Shown piece by piece: positions 1-9,790 of a stretch of 64,000 nucleotides of DNA. Made by a program: the position numbers and the translations under genes. Source of the stretch: Alphaproteobacteria bacterium (GTDB lineage Bacteria > Pseudomonadota > Alphaproteobacteria > SP197); NCBI GenBank assembly GCA_964291415.2, contig OZ219920.1:256001-320000 (forward strand). Direction: 5' to 3'. Numbering within the stretch: the first letter of the stretch is position 1; each line of letters starts with the position of its first letter. Under the pieces are notes generated by a model. The model worked only from the letters and a program-made list of their open reading frames with translations, was not told the origin of the DNA and made no database searches.

Positions 1-948
1 ATGCCCTGGCTTGTCGCCGATGTTGGCGGCACCAACACGCGCATCGCACGTGCCCGGGGACCAGCCCTGCTTCCCGATTCGGTTCACAGGTACCGCAATG
101 CCGATCACCCCGACTTTGAGTCATTGCTCGAGCATCACTTCGCGGCTGCAGGCAGGGATGCGTGCCGGATGGCCTGCGTGGCAGTCGCCGGCCCGGTAGA
201 GAACGGCGTCGCCGAACTCACCAACGTCGATTGGCGCATTGACACTTCGGGACTTGCCCGGGCTACCGGAGCAAGCAAGGTCGTGCTCCTGAACGATCTG
301 CAGGCAACGGGCTTCGCGCTGGGCCATATCGCGCCCTCACACGTGCGCGAGATCGTTCCGCAGTCCGCTGCCGGCGGTGGTGCAACACAACTCGTGATCG
401 GTATCGGCACCGGCTTCAACGCGGCGGTGGTTCATTACCTTGCGTCGGGACGCTACGTAGCCGCGGCCGAGGCCGGTCACGTCAACATGCCCGTCGACAG
501 CGATGCGGATCTCCGTCTTGCACGGTTCATTGAGGCAGGGAACGGGTTTGCCGATGTCGAGGACGTCTTGTCGGGGCGCGGGATCGAGAACATTCATGCC
601 TGGCTGGGGTATCGGGAGGAGGCGACGTCGCGGATGTCTGCCGGAGACATCGTGCAGGCACTCGCCAGCAGCGATCCACGCGCCGAAGCGACAGGGCGTG
701 TCTTCGTCCGCATGCTTGGAGTGACCGCTGGCAATCTCGCTCTCACCACACTGCCGTTTGGCGGCATATTCCTCGCAGGTGGCGTGTCTCGCGCCGTCGC
801 TCCCTATCTGGATGATCTCGGCTTTGTCGATGCATTCCATGACAAGGGGCGTTTCAGCGGCTTCATGAAAGGCTTCGGCGTCTCGGTGATCGAAGACGAG
901 TATGCAACGCTGACCGGGTGCGCAAGCCATCTCGCCAACTGCTTGTGA
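1..948 (+). CDS. glk: Glucokinase (Glk family)
   Basis: N-terminal LVADVGGTNTR phosphate-1 motif, LLNDLQA, GIGTGF, AEAGH, EDVLSGRG and FHDKGRF motifs. Confidence 0.9.
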   Translation: MPWLVADVGGTNTRIARARGPALLPDSVHRYRNADHPDFESLLEHHFAAAGRDACRMACVAVAGPVENGVAELTNVDWRIDTSGLARATGASKVVLLNDLQATGFALGHIAPSHVREIVPQSAAGGGATQLVIGIGTGFNAAVVHYLASGRYVAAAEAGHVNMPVDSDADLRLARFIEAGNGFADVEDVLSGRGIENIHAWLGYREEATSRMSAGDIVQALASSDPRAEATGRVFVRMLGVTAGNLALTTLPFGGIFLAGGVSRAVAPYLDDLGFVDAFHDKGRFSGFMKGFGVSVIEDEYATLTGCASHLANCL

Positions 949-1178
949 CCCCCTGCAATCGCCATGCGTTCCCGGAACAAGTCCCCGGTGACAGTCTGCG
1001 ATTTCCAGGCGGCGGGGACTTGCTGTCGCCCGCAGCCTGGAATTCCGAACCCGTCCCGCCGGCACCGGACTCAGAACCGGCAGGCATGGCCCAGCATCGA
1101 CGCCGGGTAGAAGTGGGACTTCCTGGTCGGCTCGCCACTTCTCCTGCGCGCATCCCGCTCCGACCGTCGCCCGGCCTG

Positions 1179-2237
1179 TCAGCGCGTGCGCCCGGCTCCG
1201 AAGGCCCCAACCAGGGCAACAGTGCTGCCGTCGCTGGTCGACGCCCGGGCGTCGAAGGTCCCGGCCGCCAGGCGCGGCGCACCCGAGCCGTCGGGGATGT
1301 TGGAGAACTGGCCGGCCCACTTTCCGCTCGATCCGGTCACCGACACGGCGGAGGTCGAAAGGGTCACGTTCGAGCCGTGAAACGTGCCGTTGGCGCGATC
1401 GAAGGAGACGGCACCAAGCTCCAGATGACCGACGCCGTTGATCAGCCCGGAGGCGCATCCGATGCAGCCCTCGATGGTCCCGGCCGCGAAGTCGGCGCTG
1501 AGGCTGGCCTCCGAAGTGAAGTCGCCTCTTATCGTGAGCCCCGCATCGGTGAGCTGGGAGGCGAAGGTGCCCTGGAACGTGTAGACGCCCCCGGCATCGC
1601 CTTCGTAGGTGGCCGTGCCCGAGACCGGCAGGCTGGGCGGATTGCTCAGACTCAACTCCGGTCCAACCACATATGCGCCCGCTTCCCAACCGGTCGAGCC
1701 CGGCCCCGCGTGCAGCCAGTATCCGCCGGCGATGTAATCGCTCGGATCGCTGTTGGACCAGTCGACCACGAGGCGGCCGGAGGTGGCGCTGTTGCCGGTT
1801 CGGGAATAGACGTTTCGGTCGCGTGAAGTCCGCCCCGATCCGGTGTCGCCGTAGAACACCGAGGAGTCGCGGCCATCGTCCCGATAGGTGTCGTTGGTGT
1901 CGAGAATCACGGTGCCCGCGCTGCCCCGGTCGACGGTGACGGTCGCGCGACTGCCGTCGAAGGTCAGTCCCAGATCCGTGACATCGGGACCGGCCGACAG
2001 GGCGGCGCTTCCGAACCAGACTTTCGAGGCGGGCACCAGGGCGTAGAGCGATGGTGCGGCGGAATCCAGCACTTCGTCCGCGTTGGCGGGAACGGAGGCG
2101 CCGTATGGAGGCTCCGACGGCATGCCGGTCCCGGGCATCGAGGGCGTTCCCGTCATGTCCGTCGAGGAGCTGCCGCCCCCGCCGCACGCGGCGAGCAACA
2201 AAAGGGCGGCGATGGCATAGAGGTAACGTGCAGTCAT
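1179..2237 (-). CDS. Surface lipoprotein, TbpB-like beta-barrel (putative Slam-type substrate)
   Basis: Lipobox LLAAC followed by a GGGGSSS/Pro-Met linker; SLPVSGTATYEG and terminal LVGAFGA motifs typical of TbpB-like barrels; GGAGA RBS before ATG 2237. Confidence 0.7.
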   Translation of the reverse strand: MTARYLYAIAALLLLAACGGGGSSSTDMTGTPSMPGTGMPSEPPYGASVPANADEVLDSAAPSLYALVPASKVWFGSAALSAGPDVTDLGLTFDGSRATVTVDRGSAGTVILDTNDTYRDDGRDSSVFYGDTGSGRTSRDRNVYSRTGNSATSGRLVVDWSNSDPSDYIAGGYWLHAGPGSTGWEAGAYVVGPELSLSNPPSLPVSGTATYEGDAGGVYTFQGTFASQLTDAGLTIRGDFTSEASLSADFAAGTIEGCIGCASGLINGVGHLELGAVSFDRANGTFHGSNVTLSTSAVSVTGSSGKWAGQFSNIPDGSGAPRLAAGTFDARASTSDGSTVALVGAFGAGRTR

Positions 2238-2350
2238 GTCGGTCTCCCGGCTTGCTTGGGCGTCGACCGGGCAGCGCTCCGGAGGCGGCGCCATGGGTGG
2301 AAATCGCGCTGCACGCAAACGAGGTTGGGATGCGCCAGGAACGCGGTCAC

Positions 2351-2524
2351 CGCCCAAATGGGTGGGCCGCGATTACGGGCCGGTGATGCAGGTCACGCTC
2401 AGTTTCCCTTGGCGGAAGGCGGGATAGATAATCGTGGGCGGCTGCGTGCGCTGCGTGCCTGGCAACGCTTCGGAAATCAGTCTCCGATTCACCGGTTTCG
2501 ACCTTGAACTCCCCCAAGTTGGGG
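2351..2524. promoter_or_regulatory. Two related palindromic boxes, candidate operators of the divergent LuxR-type regulator
   Basis: CGCCCAAATGGGTG at 2351-2364 and CCCCCAAGTTGGGG at 2511-2524 in the divergent intergenic region. Confidence 0.35.
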
Positions 2525-2618
2525 AAGCAAGGCAAGGCGGGGCTCGAATACGATGCTTGTGTCGTCGGCAGGTTCGGAACATCTCCGGCCGCCGACGAGA
2601 CGGGCGCCAGTCGATCGA

Positions 2619-3756
2619 ATGGATGACCTCTTCGAAAGCACCGTGGAAATCCTTCTTGACGCCGCGTTCGACGACGCGCGCTGGGGTGAAGCCTTTCGGG
2701 CGATCGACCGTCTGTGCGGTCTCAACGGAGGCCAGTTCACCGCGCTCGCGGCCGACGGCGAGCCGACTTTCGCGGCGTGCTGGATCGGCGGCGACCCGCA
2801 CCAGGAGATCGTGGCGGACTGGATCGCGAACTATGCGGCGTTATGCGAGAACGTGCCGCGGATCAGCAAGCTGCCGGCCTGGCGGCTCACCCACAACGAG
2901 GAGTTGTTCACCCCGGCCGAGAAGCGGAACTCCCTGATGTACAATGAGTTCCAGCCGAAATACGACTGCCGCGACCAATTGGCGGTGGTGGTCGACCGTC
3001 CGTCGGGCGAGCGGCCCCGGGACGGCTGCCTGTTCTGGACCATGGCCAACGGCGCGGCGGGATGGGCGCCGGACAGGCTCCAAGCGAATCGGCGCTCTGC
3101 TGCCGCACATTCGCCAGGCTGTCCGGGTACGCCGGGAGCTGGTGGCGGCGGAAGCGCATGCCCATGCCGAGATAACCGCGTTGCTGGAGCACGATTCACC
3201 GGGCACGGTGTTCCTGGATCGACGCGGCAGCATCGTCTCGGCCAACCGGTCCGCGCGGCGGATGCTGGCCATGAGAGGCGGACTCGACGCGTGGCGGGGC
3301 GCCTTGCGGGCCGGCTCGCCGAACGACGATGCGAGACTCCGCAAGCTGGTATCCGGGGCCTTGCCGCGTTTCGGATACATGCCGGTCGGCGGCTCCATGC
3401 CCGTGCGGCGCCCGGCTGGCCTGTCACTGATCGTCCACGTGCATCCCGTTGCGCCGCGCCGCGCCGACTTCGGGGCGGCACGGATCGCTGCGGTGGTTCT
3501 CATCCGCGATCCGGACGCCGGCCGGCTCGATGCAGAGGCGGTCGGCGACATGCTCGGGCTGACCGCCGCCGAGAGCCGCGTCGCCGTTCTGCTCGGCCGG
3601 GGCCGCACCGTGCGCGACGTTGCACGCGAGCTCGACCGCTCGGAGAACACCGTCCGCTGGACCCTGAAGAACGTGCTCTCGAAGACCGGCTCGGCGCGGC
3701 AGGCCGATCTTGTGCGGCTGCTGCTCCAGCTGCCGCCAGGCGGCCGGGACGCGTAG
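2619..3756 (+). pseudogene. LuxR-type HTH regulator with N-terminal sensor/PAS-like region, frameshifted near 3080
   Basis: MDDLFESTVEILLDAAFDDARW... continues in another frame as KRIGALLPHIRQAVRV...GLTAAESRVAVLLGRG...ENTVRWTLKNVLSKTG; removing one C in ctccaag joins the frames. Confidence 0.8.
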
Positions 3757-3888
3757 ACCCTGCCGGTCTCCCAACTCGTCATGGCCGGACGTGTTCCATG
3801 CAAGCGCGCGGTTGTCCGGCGAGCGGCTGTCCTTGCCGCAACGACGCTGGAGCCACTTGGCGGCCGGGCGACGTCGGAGCCGACACCC

Positions 3889-5157
3889 CTAGTCTGCGAA
3901 CGCAACCGCCCGGACCTCCTCGATCCGCTCGTCCTCGGTAAATCGCCAGATACCGATATGGCCACGGCGCAAATCGCCGTTCTCGTCCCAGTCCACGCTG
4001 CCCGACGCACCTTCGTAGTCGATCTCCCCGCCGTTCGCGAGAATGCGAAGGCCTTCGGCAACGCCCGTCGGGCCGGCAGCCACGACGGTTCCTGGCGAGC
4101 CGGCCACCGCGCGCAGCCGGTCGCGGATTGCCGCGCCGTCCAACCGGCCCGCCGCCTGCGCAGCAAGCGCCAGGGCAACCGTGGCATCATAGGCTTCCTT
4201 TACGTAGGCGAGCACCGGCAGTGCGCCGTACTCGGCGACCCAGGCCGTTTCCCACGCCGCGGACGCGGCACTGTCCGGCGCCGACGCGGGCCCGGTGCCG
4301 TACATGTTGCCGAGGCGTGCGCTGCCCAGGGATCGGACCAGGCTTACCCGCTTGGCGCCGTCGCCGAAGACGAAGTGGTCGTAAAGAGCGTTGTCGATGG
4401 CTTCGCGGACCATGGCGAGCGCCGCCGACTCGGAGGCGATCACCACCAGGGCCTGCGCACCTCCGCTCGCCGACTCGCGCAGCGCGGCGAGGAAGCCGGT
4501 CTGATCGCGGTCCACCGCGACGGCCTTGACGGGATCGTTCCAGGCTGCCTCGAAGGCGTCGGCGAGGCCCTGTCCCCAGGGGTCGTCCACATAGAGCAGG
4601 CCTACATTGTCGAAACCGCGCTCGCGTGTGAGGCCGGCGAGGACGGGTCCCTGGGAAACGTCGGATAGCGCGGTTCGAAACAGGAAGTCCCGGTCGGCGA
4701 CGGCGGTCAGCGCCGGCGACGTGGCGGAGAAACTGATGGTGGGAACGGCCGCCGGACCGCTCACCCGCTCGGCCACCGGCAGGGCGCTGGCGCTGGCGTT
4801 GGGACCAACGATGCCATGCACGCCCTCGACCTCGACGAGACGGCGTGCCGCCATGACCGCCTTCTCGGGTTCCGCCGTGGCATCTGCGATTGCGACCGTC
4901 ACGGGCAGGCCGAACACACCACCGCCTTGGTTGACATGCCTGATCGCAAGCTCGAACGCCCGTTGCCTGTCCCTCGCGGCCTCGAGCGATCCACTGCTCA
5001 GGTCCAGCAGAAAGCCGATCTTGAGTCCGGTCGCATCGTCCGCTTCGGCAGCCTTTGGTGCGGCAGCTGCCCCGGTCAGCAACATCCCCGCGACAGCCAG
5101 AATCAACCCCATCGCACGCGCCCGGAGAATCGCATCGTCGCAAAGCCCGCGAATCAC
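3889..5157 (-). CDS. ABC transporter substrate-binding protein, branched-chain amino acid (LivK-like) family
   Basis: Signal peptide, KIGFLLDLS, FELAIRHVNQGGGVFG, DFLFRT, DYEGASGSVDWDENGD; GTG start with GGAGG RBS (ATG 5112 is an alternative). Confidence 0.88.
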   Translation of the reverse strand: MIRGLCDDAILRARAMGLILAVAGMLLTGAAAAPKAAEADDATGLKIGFLLDLSSGSLEAARDRQRAFELAIRHVNQGGGVFGLPVTVAIADATAEPEKAVMAARRLVEVEGVHGIVGPNASASALPVAERVSGPAAVPTISFSATSPALTAVADRDFLFRTALSDVSQGPVLAGLTRERGFDNVGLLYVDDPWGQGLADAFEAAWNDPVKAVAVDRDQTGFLAALRESASGGAQALVVIASESAALAMVREAIDNALYDHFVFGDGAKRVSLVRSLGSARLGNMYGTGPASAPDSAASAAWETAWVAEYGALPVLAYVKEAYDATVALALAAQAAGRLDGAAIRDRLRAVAGSPGTVVAAGPTGVAEGLRILANGGEIDYEGASGSVDWDENGDLRRGHIGIWRFTEDERIEEVRAVAFAD

Positions 5158-5469
5158 CGGGACCGTCCTCCACTCGACAACGCGTGTCGGCGGCGACAAG
5201 GCCCGCGCCTTCCCGCCGCTTCGACAGTCTGTCCGTGGCCGGGCAGCCTTCGCCTCGGGAGGCTGCGCCAGAGATGCCGGTGACGCCACGGAACTCATGA
5301 TCGTGGCGGCAATGCCGGCTGGCAATGAGACGCCCTGGCCCAGGGCCTGGAGGATGCATGAATGAAGACAGCCCCGACAAGGGCCAAAGGACGGGCGCCG
5401 ACATCGGTGGCGCGGACAGGACCAAGGGCGGTCTGTCGTGGGAACAACGCGCTACAACAATCAGTCATG

Positions 5470-5545
5470 TGGCGTCCCCAAGGGGACTCGAACCCCTGTT
5501 TTCGGCGTGAGAGGCCGATGTCCTAGGCCGCTAGACGATGGGGAC
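5470..5545 (-). tRNA. tRNA-Glu(CTC)
   Basis: Reverse complement GTCCCCATCGTCTAGCGGCCTAGGACATCGGCCT-CTC-ACGCCGAAAACAGGGGTTCGAGTCCCCTTGGGGACGCCA; cloverleaf with CCA end. Confidence 0.97.
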
Positions 5546-5672
5546 CCTGTGTGCCGTATGCGAGCACAACCTAGATTGGGACCACCGTCGTGTCAACGCG
5601 GCGGGGAAGGTTGTATTCGATTGTGGCGTGGTGAATCATCGGCGGCCGAAACACGTCGATGTTGCTCTCAAC

Positions 5673-7007
5673 ATGAAGACTTCAGTCCCCTTCGATGGAT
5701 ACCGGCGCAGCGGTCCGGGAGGCCACGACGAACTGCTGGTCCGGGTCGGCCCGGGAACGCCGGCCGGCGAGTACCTGCGCCGCTACTGGCACCCTGTGGC
5801 CATGGCAGAAGAGGTCGGACGGCTGCCCGTGCGCATACGCATTCTGGGCGAGGACCTGGTGGTGTTTCGCGACAGGAGCGGGCGTTACGGGCTGGTCCAC
5901 AGGAACTGCCCGCACCGGCGCGCCTCCCTGGAGTTCGGCGTATGCGAGGACCGCGGCATCAGGTGCTGTTACCACGGCTGGCTCTTCGATGTTGACGGGA
6001 CCGTCCTGGAGGTGCCCGGCCAGCCTGACGGCGTGGAAGAACGGATCCGATCCTCGACCCGGTTGGGCGCCTATCCGGTCAGGGAGTACAAGGGACTGAT
6101 CTTCGCCTATCTCGGGCCTCCCGGACTTGTGCCGGACTTTCCCGTGTACGACACCCTCGAGATGCCGGAACACGTCCTGGTGCCCTACCGGGCGCCCTTC
6201 CGCTGCAACTGGCTGCAGGTTCTCGACGCCATTCTGGACCCGCTCCACACCGCCTTCCTTCATTCCCGCATGAGCCGCGAACAGTTCAGCCAGGGCTTCG
6301 GCGAAGTCGGCGAGATGAAGTTCTACGAGAGGCGTTCGGGATTTCTCGGGACGGCGACGAGGCGGGTCGACGACAATGTCTGGGTCCGTGTCAATGAACT
6401 CGTCCTGCCGAACTATACCCAGGCCGGAGCGGCGTTTGCCGCCGACGGCACACGCCAGCGCTACTTCGGCCGCACGTCCTTTGCCCGCTGGGTGGTGCCG
6501 GTGGACGATCACGAAACCACCTGCCTTGCCTGGGCGATCTTCGGCGAGCGCGGCGACCCTGAGAGCTACAACGTTCCCGGCGGTCCGGAACTCATCGAGC
6601 AGGGAGAGATCTTCGACAGGCCGTATGAGGAACGCCAGCGCTTTCCGGCGGATGCGGAAGCGACCGAGGGCATGGGTCCGATCACCGAGCACGACCGGGA
6701 AAACCTGGTTCCCAGCGATCGCGGCATCACGCTCTGTCGCCGTCGCATGCGCCACATCATCACGGCCCTCCAGGAGGGCGACGAGCCGGAGCATGTCGCC
6801 TCCATGTGGCCTTCGACGGTGCCCACCTACGGCGGTGACACGGTGCTCCACCTTCCTGCCAGCGGGGACGACCAGGCGTACCTGCGGCGTGTCGGCATGG
6901 CGGTGATGGAACGCCAGTTCGCCGCCGAGCCGCTGGCGCCGGAGGCACGGGACGCGCACGTCATCGCCGCCCTGAAGGACCTGGAAACGAACGGATTGCC
7001 GGCATGA
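5673..7007 (+). CDS. Rieske non-heme iron oxygenase alpha subunit (phthalate 4,5-dioxygenase-like group)
   Basis: Rieske CPHR...CCYHGW; VGPGTPAGEYLRRYWHPV; mononuclear site DPLHTAFLH; ENLVPSDRGI. Confidence 0.9.
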   Translation: MKTSVPFDGYRRSGPGGHDELLVRVGPGTPAGEYLRRYWHPVAMAEEVGRLPVRIRILGEDLVVFRDRSGRYGLVHRNCPHRRASLEFGVCEDRGIRCCYHGWLFDVDGTVLEVPGQPDGVEERIRSSTRLGAYPVREYKGLIFAYLGPPGLVPDFPVYDTLEMPEHVLVPYRAPFRCNWLQVLDAILDPLHTAFLHSRMSREQFSQGFGEVGEMKFYERRSGFLGTATRRVDDNVWVRVNELVLPNYTQAGAAFAADGTRQRYFGRTSFARWVVPVDDHETTCLAWAIFGERGDPESYNVPGGPELIEQGEIFDRPYEERQRFPADAEATEGMGPITEHDRENLVPSDRGITLCRRRMRHIITALQEGDEPEHVASMWPSTVPTYGGDTVLHLPASGDDQAYLRRVGMAVMERQFAAEPLAPEARDAHVIAALKDLETNGLPA

Positions 7008-8020
7008 CGATCCGGGTTCACATCAAGAACAACCACGCCCATCCCGATACCTTTCCGCCGACACCGGAAGCGGAACCTGTCTTCACCACGACGAGAGAGC
7101 GCTACGACGCGGCGCTGGAGTCGTGGCCCGATCTGAAGAACAGGCTGTCGACCACAATCGACTGGGATACCGAGAACTTTGCCGAAGCGATGAAATCAGC
7201 CGAGGTCCTGATGTGCTGGGACCTGCCGACGGAGAACCTCGAGGTTGTGGCGCCGAACCTGAGATGGATCCACATCATCGGGGCGGGCGTGGAGCATCTC
7301 TGTCCCATGGACTGGGTGCCGAAGGAGGTGGTGGTCACCAACAACAAGGGCGCCCAGGCAAGGAAGGCTGGTGATTTCGCCCTCATGGCCGTTCTCATGC
7401 TGCATTCCCGCATCCCCGCCATCGTCACCAACCAGCGCCGCAACGTCTGGAATTCGCTCTATGCGACACCGGTGGAGGGGACGACGGTGCTCATCATCGG
7501 CGTCGGCAGCCTTGGGGGCGGAGCCGCCGATCGCCTGCACGGTGCCGGACTGAGGGTTCTCGGGATCAACCGTCACGGAAGACCCCATCCCTCGGTGGAG
7601 ACGATGGGAACGCCCGGAGACCTCGATTCCCTCCTTGCCGAGGCCGACCATGTGCTGGTGTGCGTTCCTGCCACGCCCGAGACCATCGGACTCATTGACC
7701 GCTCCCGCCTTCAGGCCCTGAAACCGGGCGCCGGCCTCATCAACATCGGCCGCGCCGCCACGGTGGACTACGATGCCGTCGTCGAACTCCTGGAGAGCGG
7801 CCATCTCTCGGGCGCCATTCTCGACGTCTTCGATCCGGAACCCCTGGCGACTGATTCTCCCCTCTGGACGACACCCAACCTGATGGTCATGCCCCACATT
7901 TCCGCCGATGATGGAGAGACCTATGTCGAGACGACGCTTTCCATTTTCTTTGACAACATGCGCCGGTTCATGGCCGGTGAAGGGCTTCGCAACATCGTGC
8001 GGCCCGAACTCGGTTACTGA
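7004..8020 (+). CDS. D-2-hydroxyacid dehydrogenase family protein
   Basis: GVGSLGG Rossmann motif, INIGRA, LDVFDPEPL, MPHIS. Confidence 0.9.
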   Translation: MTIRVHIKNNHAHPDTFPPTPEAEPVFTTTRERYDAALESWPDLKNRLSTTIDWDTENFAEAMKSAEVLMCWDLPTENLEVVAPNLRWIHIIGAGVEHLCPMDWVPKEVVVTNNKGAQARKAGDFALMAVLMLHSRIPAIVTNQRRNVWNSLYATPVEGTTVLIIGVGSLGGGAADRLHGAGLRVLGINRHGRPHPSVETMGTPGDLDSLLAEADHVLVCVPATPETIGLIDRSRLQALKPGAGLINIGRAATVDYDAVVELLESGHLSGAILDVFDPEPLATDSPLWTTPNLMVMPHISADDGETYVETTLSIFFDNMRRFMAGEGLRNIVRPELGY

Positions 8021-8029
8021 CGGTCCTGC

Positions 8030-9166
8030 ATGATGACCGATCCGGAATTCACCATCGGCATCGAGGAGGAGTATCACCTCGTCGACGTGGCTACTGGCTC
8101 ACTCGCCCGGGATGTGCCCGAGACTCTGATCAGTGAATGTGTCGGCGAACTCGGCGAACAGGTGACGACGGAATTCATGCGTGCACAGGTCGAGATCGGC
8201 ACGAAGGTGTGTCGTCACATCGGTGAAGCGCGCGAGGAGCTCAAACGCCTGAGAGACGGTGTGGCGCGCATTGCCGGGCGCCATGGTCTGGCCCCTGTGG
8301 CCTGTTCGACGCACCCTTTCGGTGACTGGCGCGAGCAGGACTACACCCACAAGGAACGCTACGAGGGACTGGCGCGGGATCACCAGGCGGTGGCGCGCAG
8401 GCTGCTGATTTGCGGCATGCATGTGCACATCGGTATCGATGACGCGGAGACCCGCATCGACCTGATGAACCAGGCGAAGTACTTCCTGCCGCATCTTCTG
8501 TGCCTCACCACCTCGTCGCCCTTCTGGCAGGGGCGCGATACCGGTCTCAATTCCTACCGCCTCACCGTGTTCGACAGCCTGCCGCGCACAGGCCTTCCCG
8601 ACCGGCTGCAGAGCTGGTCCGAGTACGAACGCCTGGTCAGGGACATGGCGAGTTCCGGCCTCCTTGAAGACGGCACCAAGATATGGTGGGACCTGCGTCC
8701 CAGCGCGCGGTTCCCGACGCTGGAGATGCGCATCTGCGACGTCTGCCCCGACATCGAGGATGCTGTCGGTGTGGCGGCACTCTTCCAGTGCATTCTGCGC
8801 ATGCTCTACCGCCTGCGCCTGGCAAACCAGACGTGGCGCGAGTACTCCAACATCCTGGTCGAGGAGAACCGCTGGCTGGCCCAGCGTTTTGGCGTCAGGA
8901 GCGAACTGGTGGACTTCGGCAAGCGGCAGCTGGTTCCCTATGGTGAGCTCCTCGATGAACTGATCGGACTGGTGGGTGAGGACGCTGACGCGCTGGGGTG
9001 CCGCGCCGAGGTTGAACACACCCGCAACATCGTCGCCAGGGGAACATCGGCGGAGCGCCAGCGGTCGGTCTTCCGGCAGGCTGGCGGCGACGCCGGGGCC
9101 GACGAGGCTCTCGCAGCCGTTGTCGGAGATCTGCTGGAACAGACGATGGCGGGCACCGGCCCTTGA
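8030..9166 (+). CDS. ybdK: Carboxylate-amine ligase (YbdK / glutamate-cysteine ligase 2)
   Basis: FTIGIEEEY, ICGMHVHIG, SSPFWQG, IWWDLRPS, TLEMRICD, ENRWLAQRFG. Confidence 0.9.
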   Translation: MMTDPEFTIGIEEEYHLVDVATGSLARDVPETLISECVGELGEQVTTEFMRAQVEIGTKVCRHIGEAREELKRLRDGVARIAGRHGLAPVACSTHPFGDWREQDYTHKERYEGLARDHQAVARRLLICGMHVHIGIDDAETRIDLMNQAKYFLPHLLCLTTSSPFWQGRDTGLNSYRLTVFDSLPRTGLPDRLQSWSEYERLVRDMASSGLLEDGTKIWWDLRPSARFPTLEMRICDVCPDIEDAVGVAALFQCILRMLYRLRLANQTWREYSNILVEENRWLAQRFGVRSELVDFGKRQLVPYGELLDELIGLVGEDADALGCRAEVEHTRNIVARGTSAERQRSVFRQAGGDAGADEALAAVVGDLLEQTMAGTGP

Positions 9167-9201
9167 CGTTGCTGCCGGTCGGGGCCAAGAAGTAGGGTGA
9201 T

Positions 9202-9278
<77 letters not shown>

Positions 9279-9311
9279 CCTCATGACCGCCCTTTTTGAA
9301 AAGGAGGCGCG

Positions 9312-9611
9312 ATGACCGCCAGAATCTATCGTCCGGCCAAGACGGCCATGCAGTCGGGACGCGCCGGAACCCGCCGCTGGCTTCTCGAGTACGTTCCGTC
9401 TGCGGCGAGGCCGGTCGACTCCCTGACCGGCTGGACGGGTTCGTCGGACATGATGGCCGACCAGATCAGGCTGTGGTTCGAGACCCGTGAGGCGGCCGTG
9501 GCCTATGCAGAACGCCATGGCATCAGGTACAGCGTGATCGAACGCCGCGAGAGAAGGATCAAGCCGAAATCCTATGCCGAGAATTTCCGCTGGGAGAGAC
9601 CGGGCAACTGA
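9312..9611 (+). CDS. ETC complex I accessory subunit (NDUFS4-like)
   Basis: MTARIYRPAKTAMQSGRA...W.LEY...LTGWTGSSD...KPKSYAENF; AAGGAGG RBS. Confidence 0.92.
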   Translation: MTARIYRPAKTAMQSGRAGTRRWLLEYVPSAARPVDSLTGWTGSSDMMADQIRLWFETREAAVAYAERHGIRYSVIERRERRIKPKSYAENFRWERPGN

Positions 9612-9676
9612 CGGCCTCGCATCGCACATGGTCAGCACCACAGGCGGGTCATGAAGGCGCCCGCTGCCAACATGAA

Positions 9677-9752
9677 GCGCCCTTAGCTCAGTGGATAGAG
9701 CAACGGCCTTCTAAGCCGTAGGTCCCAGGTTCGAATCCTGGAGGGCGCGCCA
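9677..9752 (+). tRNA. tRNA-Arg(TCT)
   Basis: GCGCCCTTAGCTCAGTGGATAGAGCAACGGCCT-TCT-AAGCCGTAGGTCCCAGGTTCGAATCCTGGAGGGCGCGCCA. Confidence 0.97.
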
Positions 9753-9790
9753 CACCTGCGTTTCAAGGGCAGCACGGGAGACAGGACATC

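Noticed and set aside
337-2187. 616-aa minus-strand ORF and many similar long Arg/Pro/Gly-rich ORFs, such as 30230-32320 and 17649-18950
   Set aside because: Shadow frames of real genes in high-GC DNA with no recognisable motifs
949-5469. Genomic island integrated at the 3' end of tRNA-Glu
   Set aside because: The genes look accessory, but I found no integrase and no duplicate of the tRNA 3' end in the window
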